From NCBI GenBank assembly GCA_965285935.1, contig OZ260662.1:98394001-98458000 (forward strand): a DNA stretch of 64,000 nt, given 5' to 3'. A model generated the notes under the pieces. It was not told where the DNA came from, made no database searches, and saw only the letters and a list, made by a program, of their open reading frames with translations. Below, one piece after another: positions 1 to 13,600 of this stretch. The DNA comes from Ophelia neglecta. Its lineage: Eukaryota. How positions within the stretch are numbered: position 1 is the stretch's first letter; every line of letters begins with the position of its first letter. The position numbers and the translations under genes are program-made.

Positions 1-1270
1 TTTAAGACTGGCCATAGGAATAAGTCACAAAGTTAACAGACTTGCTCAAACTGCACTAACGGTAACAATACATAAAGTCTGACTAGGTCCTCGTTGGTGA
101 GATACTACGACTGATGCTAGTAATTTAACACATTGAGAAGGTATTAAATGGTATTTCATTTAACTAACACGTGTTTGTTAACCAATGGATTTCTAGTGTC
201 CCGGGGGACTTCAATGCGTGGGAGTTGCTAGTTTGGCAACAAGCTCCTAAAACTTACTAGTTGAGAGTTGCAGGTGTAAATAAAGCATTCTAGGCATAAC
301 TGTAGGCCATTCAATATCTGTGTTCAATTGCTTCCGATTGCTAGACGATTGTAAGAGAAATGGGATGTATGTTGCAACATATTTATTAACATTATAAACT
401 TACGGATCACATGCAGATTTAGTTGTTTTTTTCTCCAAATAAACAAATGCATTGATTCGAGCACCGTTTGTTAGCCTTACATCTCATTACTAGCAATGTA
501 TTGGTAGTGTATCAACACACTTTTTATCAGATATACCAGTGGGCTTTTTAAAAGTTCACGGGCAATTAGACAGATAGTTTCCTGGCACAATAAAATAACC
601 ACGATTAACCCAGAATGCTTACTATCATGTTTTCCCTACAGCACAAATAAATAACGTAGATGTACAGTATCAATGTAGATTAGCTGGGTCATAATCTGGT
701 TGATTGATTGATACTCCCAATGCACAGCTCATGATAACGCCTAAAAGTCCTGAACTGACACTAGATGACGATTATATTGGAATGTTTGCATACTATTTCA
801 AAGTCTACGAACCATTTTGTGTGAACGTATCTAGGTCACATTTTTGGCCTTAGCTATCATCAATTATATATTACAATACAAGTATTCTGCAAGGAGTGCG
901 ACCCTTCAAACATATTATCCCAAGGCTTTTTCAACAGGGATAGGCTTTAGAAATAGATTGCACTGGTTACGACTGACATTTGTTCAAATGTAGAAATATA
1001 TTAAACTATTTCAGTTATTACTATACTTTGGGACTGACTGGCAGGGCTAAGTTAAATGTATTGGGTAAGAGTAAGTCAGAAATGCCATATATTTATATTT
1101 CTCGATGATTATAATTATATGTCGAATCACAACGATTATATGACGTCATAGCGCACGCTAGACATCAAAAGAACATGCCGTGGCCGCTGGGCAATGTGTA
1201 CGTTCTGACCCTTCATATATACCTGTCACAAAAATTCCTGACCTCTTACCAAATTATATCACAAAATAAA

Positions 1271-1287
1271 TATATATATATATATAT
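1271..1287. repeat. (TA)n microsatellite
   Basis: Direct reading: tatatatatatatatat. Confidence 0.9.
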
Positions 1288-3555
1288 TAAGGAGGAAGAA
1301 CAAATATTATTATTTGTAAGGTTTGTGAATGGGGCCATTGTCGAGGTACTTGATATGAACTCATTTCATCGGATTGAAGAATATTCGCATAAATTTAGCT
1401 TTCAGAACTAAGGTCAATGCCGATAAACACTTGATCCTATACGAAAAAATGTTTTTTTTTACTTGACTACCATCATGTGTGTCTTCTTTAGCTATGACCA
1501 CGGCGTTAATATGCTGTTTAGAGGATAAGCTATTCACCGATTGTACCCACGTGCATGTCCATAATAGCCATATACCTAGAACACCCAACAAATACCTTGC
1601 AACATGAACAATATAGAATTTGAAGGCAATGTCACCCCTATATTGTCAGACTGGAGTTCGACTTACGTACAATGTTAGCTGCTTGGTTTTAAGTTTGTGT
1701 GACATGCATAGTCAAATTTATTTATTGTTATTATTGTCAATAGGTAACGGCACTTATACAGAATGCTTAACTGATAGAACTAATAAAAGGTCGTACTGCT
1801 CCCAAAAAATTCACTTTCATGCATCCAGAAGCGCAAATTTAGTGTAAGCCATGATGGATACCTGCATTGTGGCAAGTGAGAGGTCACAATTCATGCTTCA
1901 CCAATTCTGTAACTTCTGGGCCTGCTCATCAGCTGTTTTGAACCTGCTACGTGGCAAGGATTCAAAACTCAGGCGTCCTAACCAGAGGTATTACATGTTT
2001 CATTTACCATAGAATAACAAAAGGCTGCGAGAAGGTCTTAAACCTAGATGTTAGTCATTCAGTCACAGCAGGCAGGGAGTATCTCTGGTGCATAATAACA
2101 TTTAATATACAAATCACTATTTACTTGTGGGAAAGACGTTGTATGGATACTTGTGTCCCTGTATGCGTGCATTGGTTCGGTACAGGCTGTCACATTTATA
2201 CATTATTCATGGCAATATCAATCACTTGATTTAACCCATATGGGCAGTAATGCAGGTGCTTCGCTTTTTACATTAACCACGTGCAGCACTTAAATATGCC
2301 TTATTAGACCTGTTGTATACATCTATGATGGTCATGTATAGCATAAGGAATGGTTAATCGTACATTTCGCCAAACGTTTCCTCTTCACTAGAACCTCATC
2401 ACCTCATTACTGTTTACCCATTGTTTGTGAACATTTCCTAGTTATTTGAATGAAATGAGTCATCTTATATCAAACAAAATTACCCTGCAAGTAAAATGGC
2501 AGAATATCAATGCAATAAATATCAATGCAATGGATAATCAGCGTTTTTTTAATCAAAATCAACAATAGTTTAAAACTATATAAGTCGTCAAAGGTCATTT
2601 CGTATTTGATAGATTCATATTGGCCTTGTACAAAATGCATTCTTACGTATGTCATGTTAAACTTTAAATAGGCCTTCCACGTAAACTCACTTCAGAAGAT
2701 AACGTATCAGTGGGTTAGGAAATGTTCACTTGCAAGTGCATAGGTTTTGTCTATTGATTGACATGAGACTTTGAAACCTGAACTATGCGACTATCTTGAA
2801 CTATAAAACTACCTGTTTTCAATAGAATCTGATACGTTATATCTGAGAGGTGCACTCACATGTCAAAAAGTGTTATCAAAAGTGATACACCATTATGTTA
2901 GAAAGTATATGAAAATAAATCACTCTTAAAGGCATATTTTTCCAATGACAACTTCCTCCTGGATGACATTAATTAAGCCTTGTCTTAATCGACCGGCGGG
3001 TTATCATAGATGGAACGATATCAACATTTTGTTAGGTGAATGAAGAAAAAAAAGCCACGCCGATGTCCTCAGATGTACGTTTGGCCTCTGATTGACATGA
3101 CTGTTGACGCTATGATTGCGTCGTTCAATCATCGTGTTTGCTGTATAATAGTAAATTCCAGGACTAGCTGACCATGAACGAAAACTATGTCACCGTTTTC
3201 TATTGCAATTGAACGAATTGGTGAACTGTAAATATGTAGTTTGATAGTAAAAATATCGAATTTAGTACATGTTCACTTAGGCTCTGAGTGCAACATCGAT
3301 TATCACCCCCTAATACAACATTCAATTTCCTGATGTGTCATATTACGAAGCGATATTAAGTGTTTCCGTTCGTGTGCTTCCTTTCATATTTCATCAGGGC
3401 CGGCTCATTTTCTCTCTATACAAATATTTCAGCGGACAACCACAGAGCGTTTACTATAACGGTATCAAAACTACTGTAAAATAAATTAGAAAAATCAAAA
3501 AAAAACAATCGATTTTACACGGATATTGGTCAATATAATTGTATCTATCAGTGAA

Positions 3556-3732
3556 CAGTGAAACCTGTGAATTGAGAGCACCCAAGGGACTGGAAAATAC
3601 TGGTCTGATTATAGAGGTGCTCTGTTTAGACAGGTTAATTTATAATGAAATGTGCAGTATGATCTTCATACTAGTGGTCTGAATTAGCAGGTGGTCTGAA
3701 TATTGAGGTGGTCTTTAAGGCAGGTTTCACTG
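3556..3732. mobile_element. Non-autonomous Tc1/mariner (pogo-like) MITE, ~177 bp
   Basis: Perfect 12-bp TIRs CAGTGAAACCTG (3556-3567) / CAGGTTTCACTG (3721-3732). TA follows the right end; the left flank reads AA (degenerate TSD). Subterminal GGTGGTCT repeats are typical of this MITE type. Confidence 0.8.
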
Positions 3733-6680
3733 TAATTCAATAGTTCCGGGACAGGTAAATTCCGTCCGTGGGTGTTGTGTTATTATACAATGTTAAATGA
3801 CTCATGTGCCGTTTGTTTATATTCTATCATATGGAACAATAGACAGTTTCATCAGCTATGTGTTTCTACTGCAAATAAATTTTGGATACAAGTCAATGTT
3901 TGCCAGCATGACAACGTTGATTTACCTCCTGGCCGTTGCACGTGCTAATTGATCATTGCATCTTATATGTAAAAATCGTAGCTATTTTACCGGGACCAAG
4001 CCAATATGCATATACAATCCAGCAATGCTTAACGTGCATGATAGCTTTAACGGTCTATCGATTGAGAAAGGCAGTTCTCGTGATTTCTCAGGGTCTCCAA
4101 GCCTGGGCTGCCGTTCCCACTGGAATTATCAGCGTTTATGTCTGGTTGCAGTGAGGTAAACGTGTTTCTATTCAGTGCAAATAGGATAGAGGACTGATCA
4201 AACTTATAAACATAGGGTAAAGGCACACTTAATGTGAATGTGCCCATGCCATGGTAAAATGATGGTAAATTACACGCTAGCTGTCTTTTTAAGCCATATA
4301 TAAATTATCTCAAGGGAACCAGTGTTTCGAAATGGCAGCATTAATGATCTGATCACAAGAAAGAATTGTTTTTCAAATTCAAGTTTCGAAAACAACTTCT
4401 GACGGTAAATGTTCAATGGCAAGGAAAGATACAAAACAGTCAGGTTAAGAATATTTGAACATAGTTAGCAACAAAACCATAATCAAATTGTAAACAAGTT
4501 TACTGTGAGAATGAAACCCGCACTAGAGAATCGACAATTATGTATAACATGCAAGTCAGATAAAAAACAGGAATATTATCAAACTGCATGCTCATTTATT
4601 ATCAAAGAACAAATGTTAGTACATTTACATGGTAATTGCACCTTATCAGGATCAAGGCTGCGCGTAGTGTCACATATTAAGCAAAAGTTGAACCACTAAT
4701 TTTTACTAGACGAGAAATATGAAATGGTGACAATTGAACCTTAAGGAGGCTGCACGAAATGTAACAATAAATAATAAGTTTCCTGAAAATGACCTTAAAT
4801 GGCATTGGCAAGGTTTGTATAATTTGAAGGCAATCAAAATGCAAACCGTTGATGGAAATCGGCACATCAACTCTTTGTACTTTAAGATAATTGCATAATG
4901 TAAAGTCAAAATGTTGCATCAATATTTACCTCGTTTGGCATGAAATGTTACAGATTTCTGAATAGATGAAATAAAGCCTCGAGGACGTGTTACATTTCAC
5001 ATGTACTCCAGTGGCGCCACGTCTGAATGCGTTAAACTGCAAAAACAATATTATATGCATAGTTGTTGCTCGCCAGGTGAGTTTTACATTTAATTATAGG
5101 GCTTTGACTACAGGTGAAGAAATTATAACAACAATGTGAGATAAAACTTGGTGTTTGGAATCAAACTTCACCATGAAATTTACCTTATGTGAACCGTAAT
5201 GTGAACAAAATATGCAATGCTTCAGTATCTATCATACGACTTTCAACCGGATACGAATAGGCAATATCAACGCTGCATATGCTTAACCCTTGGTAGAGAC
5301 AAATGCCCCACAAATACTTTCCAAGTACAAATAAATATATGGCATTTCTAAATCGATAGTTATTCCTTAGAAACATTCTTATGCCTATTCTTCAAATATC
5401 ATTTCTGAACAAATGGGGAAACGACACATGTCGATCAATCCAAATCGTGCACAGGTTTGTCATGAGGATCTCACTGCATTCAGTTAGTTTTGCCGTTCAG
5501 AAACTACAAAAGAAAGACGTAATCTAGTTTCAACAGTAATCTGGTAAATCATTGGTTTTTGTTAGATTATGTTCGTCCCCAGTACAAGTGTGTAGCACTA
5601 CCAATAAGATCACGGTGATGAATGGAGGAACTAGATAGAAGATGCCTACTGCAATGGCCGAGCACTATTGATTTTTCGCCGTAAAATATCTCATATGCAA
5701 CTTGATACGAAACCCTAAGAGTTTTATGTTCAGTATATTTTACCAAAGACTAATACTGATGAAATAATCTGTTAAATCGTTAATATCGAGTTTTATATGC
5801 AGACTATGCAGTGGCTTAGATTTTGCTTGCTGTACCTAGTTTATTGTTAAGGCACAAGCGTATTTCTTCTACCAAATATACTTAGCAGGCTGTGGCTGCC
5901 CGCTGCGTGAATAAGTGAAAAACATGAACGCCGAATGGATAGGTGGGCGAAGACTATACAAGGCTTGGCGCTTTTCCAAGTAACAAATTGAGTTGCCGGC
6001 CTGTATTTTGAAAATTTGCCAGGATCATTCCGTTACCGCTGATGTACATAGTACATGTTACAAGTTAAGGCAGTGAACGATATTCATGAGTAGGGGAATA
6101 CGACCAGCCTTGTGATGTCAAGTGATCTTAGTAATAAAAAACCGAAATTGAACGATTTTATATATCTAAACTAAAACCTTTTTTGTAATATATGTCAAGA
6201 GCTTGAAAATTGTTGGATAGATTTGAGCTTTGTCAGATACATTGCAGGTAAAGCTAGAATCCGGCCTTGATCTCTAGGGCGATAGCGGACTACAGTCACC
6301 GGATTTGGATATGACAGTTCACAGGAACAAGACAAGCTTGTTTATAACATCGCATCTTTGCGGAGGGTACCAATGCGATTTCATTCAAAAAATATAGACA
6401 TTCAGAAATATGACAGGCTGCCTGGTACGGAATCCAATCAAGAATTATCGGCAAAGGGAACTCAACAATTAACAATTACGGAAGAAGTGATAAACTAATA
6501 ATAAGAAGGTTTTCAAGCGTCAAATTACCAGCACCCATCTAAATGAACTGTTCCATAGGGGAATAATTATCTGTTGCATTGCTGTTCAGTTTTTTTCTAC
6601 CCAAAATATGTATCATAATTCCCTATACCGCTGTTTACGAAAAGGCTGACGACAGCTGTTTCCACGCGTTGCCGCATGGG

Positions 6681-6809
6681 ATGGCAGGAGGGGACAGAAT
6701 TGAAAGCACTGTGAATCTGCCATTTCAGGATGTCGCTGCCGTTTTGCCGCTACCAGATGTGAGAGAAAATTACAAAGTTGACTTAAAACGATGGCTGACC
6801 TGCCGAGGA
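6681..6809 (+). pseudogene. Possible degenerate SAP-like ORF fragment, probably transposon-derived
   Basis: Translation MAGGDRIESTVNLPFQDVAAVLPLPDVRENYKVDLKRWLTCRG contains LKRWLxCRG, which I recognise from SAP-like N-termini of invertebrate transposon-associated proteins. The similarity is lost after CRG. Recognised by eye only. Confidence 0.3.
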
Positions 6810-7612
6810 TTTATGAGCCGTAGGTCAGAGTCACCACTTCGGCAATGTTGGCCAAGGCGTCTCTTTTTTTACCTATAAGTAATGGTAACTGATAGAATTT
6901 AATGCCGGGAGTTCGCCAGTTACCCAGGAACGACACGTGCTGGGTGGCATCTTATAAGAGCTAGAAGTCTAGCGCTACACGGTACAACGTGTGCTGTGCG
7001 CAGCCATCTTGAGAAAACTTATTTCAAATGTTTAATGAAATTACACAAAATATATATGTCATTACCCGTAATATCTTTAAACATACAATTCAGACACCCT
7101 TGTAGTAACAGAAGAATGACATTTAATGGAGGTAATGAGTCTGTAGTAAGAAACGGTAATGGACAATCGGCAGACTAAGAGAAATCCATCAGGTCCGAAA
7201 ATCATCATGAGTCAGCTGGCACAGGCCCCAACACTTCAAGACACCAATATCCAGGTCAAAAACAACAACAAAAAACATTAAATGCAAAAAGAAATTAAAA
7301 CATAAAAGGTATACAATTTTTTTCCTTGAGGTGATACCCAGCATAAAAAGCACGTAGCATAGAGATGAACAAAGTATGACAGACATGAAATATGTCGCAG
7401 CAGAGCATATGGTGGTCATAGTTGGCTAGACTTAAGTTAGAATATCTCAATAAACAAAAAGTCCAAAGAGGTGTGTAAAAGAATACCAATACTCAAAAAC
7501 AAAAAGGTGTTAAATCTCCTCGGTAGTGCAATATAATGTTAATTGTGTAAATTATGTTAGCTCGCTGAAAAGATGGAATGTAAGGGAAAAATGTACACGT
7601 CAAAAAAAAAAC

Positions 7613-7654
7613 TCATTAGAAACGAAATGTTCATGAACATTTCGTTTTTAATGA
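7613..7654. repeat. 42-bp near-perfect palindrome
   Basis: tcattagaaacgaaatgttca|tgaacatttcgtttttaatga: 20/21 arm match, no spacer. Confidence 0.9.
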
Positions 7655-10600
7655 TTTTTTGTGTGATCAGTCCCAAATCTTCAGGAACCAGCAGCCACAG
7701 GACACAGGTCCCCAACGACTAAAATGTCCCTAAATTAAAAGAAGGGTAAAATATCTTTTTATTTGTTATTCTTAATTAAATATTCATAAAACAACCCATT
7801 TATATCTGTTTTATTTGCCAACCAGCTGACATTCCCCAGGTCCCAAATAGTAATAAACATGTAATGCAAATAATGAAACTGGAAACCTAAAATTGATATC
7901 ATCTTTAATGAAAATATATCACAGTTTGCGTGTCAGAGCACAAAACAAATGATCGAGTCGATCACGTGGAAAAGAGATGAAATATGCCCCAGGAGAGTCT
8001 TGAGTGCTTAAGATCTCCCATAATTGGCTAGACTAAAGATGAAATTGTCTTATAAAAGAAAACAAAATGGGGAATAAAAGATCCCGGCATACTAAAGACG
8101 AAAACGTTGTATATCTTAATATTGCTATATAATGTTAAATTTGTGAGTGAACCAGTAAGGTTCTATTTTGACTGTACACATGATGTGAGGCCTCTTTGCC
8201 CTGTAGTGGCTTGAAGGAGTTGCGTTTCCATGCACAATTACAATCAACGAAACGGGAGTAGTTCAATAGTAAAAACCTGTGCCTGTCTTTTCTCTTAAAG
8301 CATCCAATTGCCGACGACATTTTAAATTGATCATTTTGATTCTAAACAAGTTACAGATATCCTGCCCAGAATTTAACTCGGCGATTTTCAAAATGCGAGA
8401 TGCTATTTTCAGTGTACGACATGCCTATGTTTCACCATTTCAGGGCTACGAAACGCAGTTATTTATAATTATCAATATTAAAAAGATCAAAATAGAATCC
8501 AAAGTACTTGTTTTCTATAATTTTCATGTTAAAATTAGAAACCAATATAGGAATGGTAATAAATACGATTAATGTATGTGTCCATTTGATCAAATGTAAG
8601 TTTGGTTGTGAAACAACTCATGGGTTCACTGCTTAAACTATCTATAGTATTAATTCGTGGTTGTATAAAACATCATCAATATATGCAAAGATAAAACGCC
8701 ACAATAAATGGATACCAGGTTTACTAAAAACTATATTATATCATTAAACAGATATTATCTAATTTAATCGGTCAGAATACACCAGGAAATGGCAGATGCA
8801 AGACTCCATATATCAATTCCAAAATTTCCAAATCAGAAAAGGGACGTCACCTTTCCAAATGGCTATACTTTAAAGACGTTGGTCTGTTTGTGTAACCCAT
8901 TCGGTGGAAACTTATGCCTATTATGGCTTGGTTATAGTATGCCCCATATACACAGATCTTAGACAAGTATATCTGACTCATTTGTTGTTCCAATTGTGAA
9001 ATATGATCATTATAAAATGACGTAAGCATCAAATAACCCCACAAAATTGATAAGCAAATTCAACTTAAGTGCGGTCTGTATTTACAGTCTTTTATTATAT
9101 TTCTCATTTTTTAACATTGCGCTAAAGGCAGGTGGCCTTGAAATGCAAATAAACTTAGCATTGATTATTTACTTACTATGTACCTACTTAACTATTACAT
9201 TAATCAATTATTAAACCATAACGGAAGATAATACTCATTTAATTATATGTAAAACAACCACGATGTCGTCAGTTTCTTCATGATGATGAGTAATGACTTT
9301 GTGGTGTCTGCCGGGTATCAACTCCCGCATTCAGAGATTAAATATGTTTCTCTTTATTTATTTATAGGCACTTTTTCCAACTAGTGCCTCGCAATCTGCG
9401 GTGTAATTAATGGATGACGCCAAGTGCCTCCTGTTGTTCCCTTCTCAATGAATGAAATTGGATTTCTCTATTTTGGAAGCTATATTGATATACCTAATGC
9501 AAAAGAAGAAGGCTCATACGACCTTCTGGGTGATATTGCCGAGCTGTATGCTTAGAACACACAGAGCACGAAATAGAAAGTCTTTGTGGCGCAGAATCAT
9601 GTAGTAGAATAGTTCCGCAGGTGGTCATATTTCATTGATAGGCTGCTTTGATCTGCTGCAATCTTGGCAGAATCTGTGGGCGATATTTGGCCTCTGGACG
9701 GAGACTTTTCAATAAGTAATATTATTGTGCCTCGGTGGAAAGTTGCCCTAACAAATACCCGAAATATGAGCCTCTTTCTATGTTTAAGAGGACGCAGTTA
9801 AACATTATTCAGATTTAGTTAAAATGATTGCTATTCCTTTTCTGAGAACTGACCTTATGCCGAAATTCATCTTGTTGGCTTTAGCAATGTAGAAATTGAA
9901 ACTTCAGATAGATAGATCGGCATAAGCGTGATCTTCAACGCTACTCAAATCCGTGAGACCGAAACATGCAAATGGCAGGGTGGGAAAAACGTCCATACCA
10001 TGTGCCGCACTTTAATGATCAGTTTATTTTGTGAGACGCATTAAACTTTTTGTTGTTTAAGTTATCGCTTCGTGCTTGCAATTTGTCTCGGGCAGAATTT
10101 AGCTCCTAAACGTTTCCTTCGTGAAATATTATTAGTTTTGCTAGTATTGAGTGGTGCATAATATGACGTTTATAATCCATTCACTGTAAAAACAATAGAA
10201 ACAATATGGGCTGTTTGATTCAAAGTACATATACTTAGGAAAATCCGGGCTGATTTAATGGATTATTTTTATTGGTTATTTTGCTTTGTGTGTCGGGTAA
10301 CGACTTTTTGTTTCATAACCACATCTTCTTAATGACTTTTCCTGTATAGATTTAACCCATTGCCTCTTTCGTCCATAAAATAATGGTTTGTACATGCAAG
10401 TCGGGTTACCTTGGTTTTATTTTGCTTACTAATGGCGTAAGTTGTATAGTGAGGCAGCTCGTTTGTGTTCTGTGCAGACACTATTTTGCTATATAATTCA
10501 CATTTCTTTTGACAATGTATTATACACATTAGATGTGAGTTACCTGGACCAAACTATTTTTAAAATAAGAAGATATATTGTGCAGTCGATATTTATATCA

Positions 10601-13600
10601 TACATGACTGCCTAACAAATAGAGAACATTCATTAATTGTGGGAATACTACAATAAATTATTACTAAATACACTTTGTATGCTTTCAGCCATTGTCTTTC
10701 AATAGGGGCCGAATGACATGTCTGGCTAGCCTTTCCCATACATGGTATTCGGCTCAGTTTACTGAACATAACGCCTGTACCTTGTAACACCAATATTGAT
10801 TTGCAAAACAACTCCTCACAGACACTCTGTAGACATGCTACGAAGAGCCTGCTCGAATGAAAAAAAAGAAGAAAAACACTCAGTGGATGAAAGAACACTA
10901 CAGGAAATATAGACGGTGGAAAAACAATACGACCAACAGTTCATGCATGAGGCACACTAAACACAAAGCCTCAATTGATATTACGCTCCTGTATAATCTG
11001 AGCGAAATGTTGGACAATTAACCTTAACCCTGCTGCACTATGATATCTGACTTTGCTCTCTTTTTTGGAACACAACATGAAAATCGCATTGATTGGTTTG
11101 TTATAAATGGACCGCAAGCTATGACTACCTGGAGGGAATACGCATCATTCGATTTAAATGAACTCCAATTAGGTATTTGTACATAATATTAGAATTTCTG
11201 GCGTATTGATTAGTTTAAGGACTAATGACTTTGGCGGTTTAGTCATGACCATTTGCAGTTGCCTCGTTCTCGTGTCATTGACACGGCTCATTGCTGATAT
11301 GTGCTGATTATCTTTACTCCTTCTCGTTTTTCGGTCATCCCGTCCTTATAAGGAATGCATTGCAGTAAAACAAATAGTGGACTTGACCGCTTGCTATTAA
11401 TGCCCGTCTGCCGGCCAATCGTGTTCGAGTCTTCTTTTATTTTCCTTCATTGCATTAATAATTAGTTTCGTATGTGTATATTATTTCTTGTCCGTTTATT
11501 TGTTCAACTTATCAGTGGCTTCATTGAGCATTTTTCCATTAAGCTTTCAGCAAATCTCCCATAATCCTTTGAGAGATATCGGCATCAATATTGCAGACAA
11601 AAAGGATATATGCTCCATGCAGTCAGTAACCTCATACCAATTATGTGATCGGCGGAATAGAACTAGATGAATGATCAATCTTAATCAATGTGTCATTGAA
11701 TGATATTATTCTGATGGAAGTAGTCTGAATTGAATCCATTTTTAGGTTGAATAAAGCTTTTGCTTTTTGCAAGCTACGTGAAGCAATTTTGAAACTTGAT
11801 AGCATTAATCACTACATATCTGGCTCTTCCAATGCGAACAATATATAAAAGGGGTCTCCCAAATCTTATCTCTGACATGCATTATTCAGGTGGGCCTTTA
11901 ATCGTATTATTTGAAATCCAGAATCATCTGTTCCATTCTCTAATGGGTGGTGGCCCCTTATTTCATTTCCCCTTCCATTTTATAATACGGTGGAATAATC
12001 TATCATGCAAAATCTAGCAGTTTGTAATTATGACTATGCTTCCACATTAACAACCCATCGCAAAGCACATGATATTATCGTAGAACCTCTTTGCTCTGTG
12101 TCGTTTCCGACAGGAGGTGATGACCATTGATGTGTCTGGCTCCGTAATATTTACCTTCAGCGATGTTTACATTGCATATTCAAATTAGCTTATCCCGGAT
12201 CCCATGGCCTAGAAGCCAAATGGGATTGAGCAACGAATAGCATTGCCACGATGACGCCGATTGATTCCTTTCCAAGGCAAACATACAGAAACAGAGTGCA
12301 TAGAGTTCAGGAGGCAATGTATTATAAATCAGGGTGCACTTAACCCTGGATCCGTTACCAATGGCATTTGAATATAGTTTATTTTATTGCAACAATATGC
12401 TCAAATGTTATTTCATTTTATTGAATAGTTGTACTTTTATATGCGACCTAAGTCAGATCCTCCAAACCTGTTTATGGCAAAATCTGTTGTAAGCATTGGT
12501 ATCATGCTAGTGAGACAACTGTTTAAAACGATAGGAAGCCCATTGCACCATTGTTGAGAACCATATGGGAATCCTGTCAATATGCCAATCTTCCAAGTGT
12601 CTTGTGATTAAGGGTCATATGAATATGCCATATCACTTAAAAACATTGTTGTTAACCTATTAAAGCACAGATAAAGTTCATCGCCCATTTATACAATTTC
12701 AAAGATAATATTGTTGTTCGTTTTCTATTTTATGTAGCTTTTAATGAATTTCAAATTTGCTTTTTTCATATACAACTTTTCAGAATGCGTTTATTGGTCA
12801 ATAAAAATCGCATTGCCATTTTTTCAACCTAAATGTAGATTGACAAACTTATTATGCATGTATGATGAGAACCGATTTAATCTTTATGGGCATGCTAAAG
12901 GATGGAACTTTGAGGAGGGCAGTCACATTTGCTTCACTATCGGGGAAATAACCAAAATCTGAGGGAAACATTAATTTATAGCTAATATGGTATAATAACC
13001 ACATGTTATTTGAAAAATTAGATCAAACATTATCAATCGAATAAAGTATGAAAGCTAAATAGAAAAAACTGCTATTGTTTCATGTTTTTCTAAAGGCACA
13101 AGTCTAAACTCTCAATCTAGCTTTCTAAATGTCTAGCCCTATTGTAAATGATTTCAATGGAGTGATTTGCTAAATTGAAATAAATAGCAGTGTTTGCGGG
13201 CGAAGATGAAAGGCAAATTTTAGCTTGAAATTATTCTGCAAACACATACAATTTTGTAATAATGAATCTGGATTAAAATTGTTTGATTTGGGTGAAACTA
13301 GTCAATTAACAGGAAATTCGCGGCCTAAAACGAAGTGACAGTTTAAAATAAGCAAACAATCAACAGTGAACGCACCCTCGTACAAAGTGGGGTGCCGAAT
13401 TAGGCAATCCCTGAAATAAAAATTTGCCTAATTGCGTCGTGTGAGCGACATTTCTAAAAAGTAGCCGACTCATTCTGTCATGTGGACATCCTGGCAAAAG
13501 GTCAATATCCCTGAATATGCTCGTTGCAAACTCTGCATTAGAAAGAAAGATGGTAGGGGCTAATCATACAATGGCTGGAAATATATGCTTGTCGTATATG

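Noticed and set aside
9502-9780. Short inverted match ggctcata/tatgagcc suggesting a MITE
   Set aside because: Only ~8 bp of clean match and no target-site duplication.
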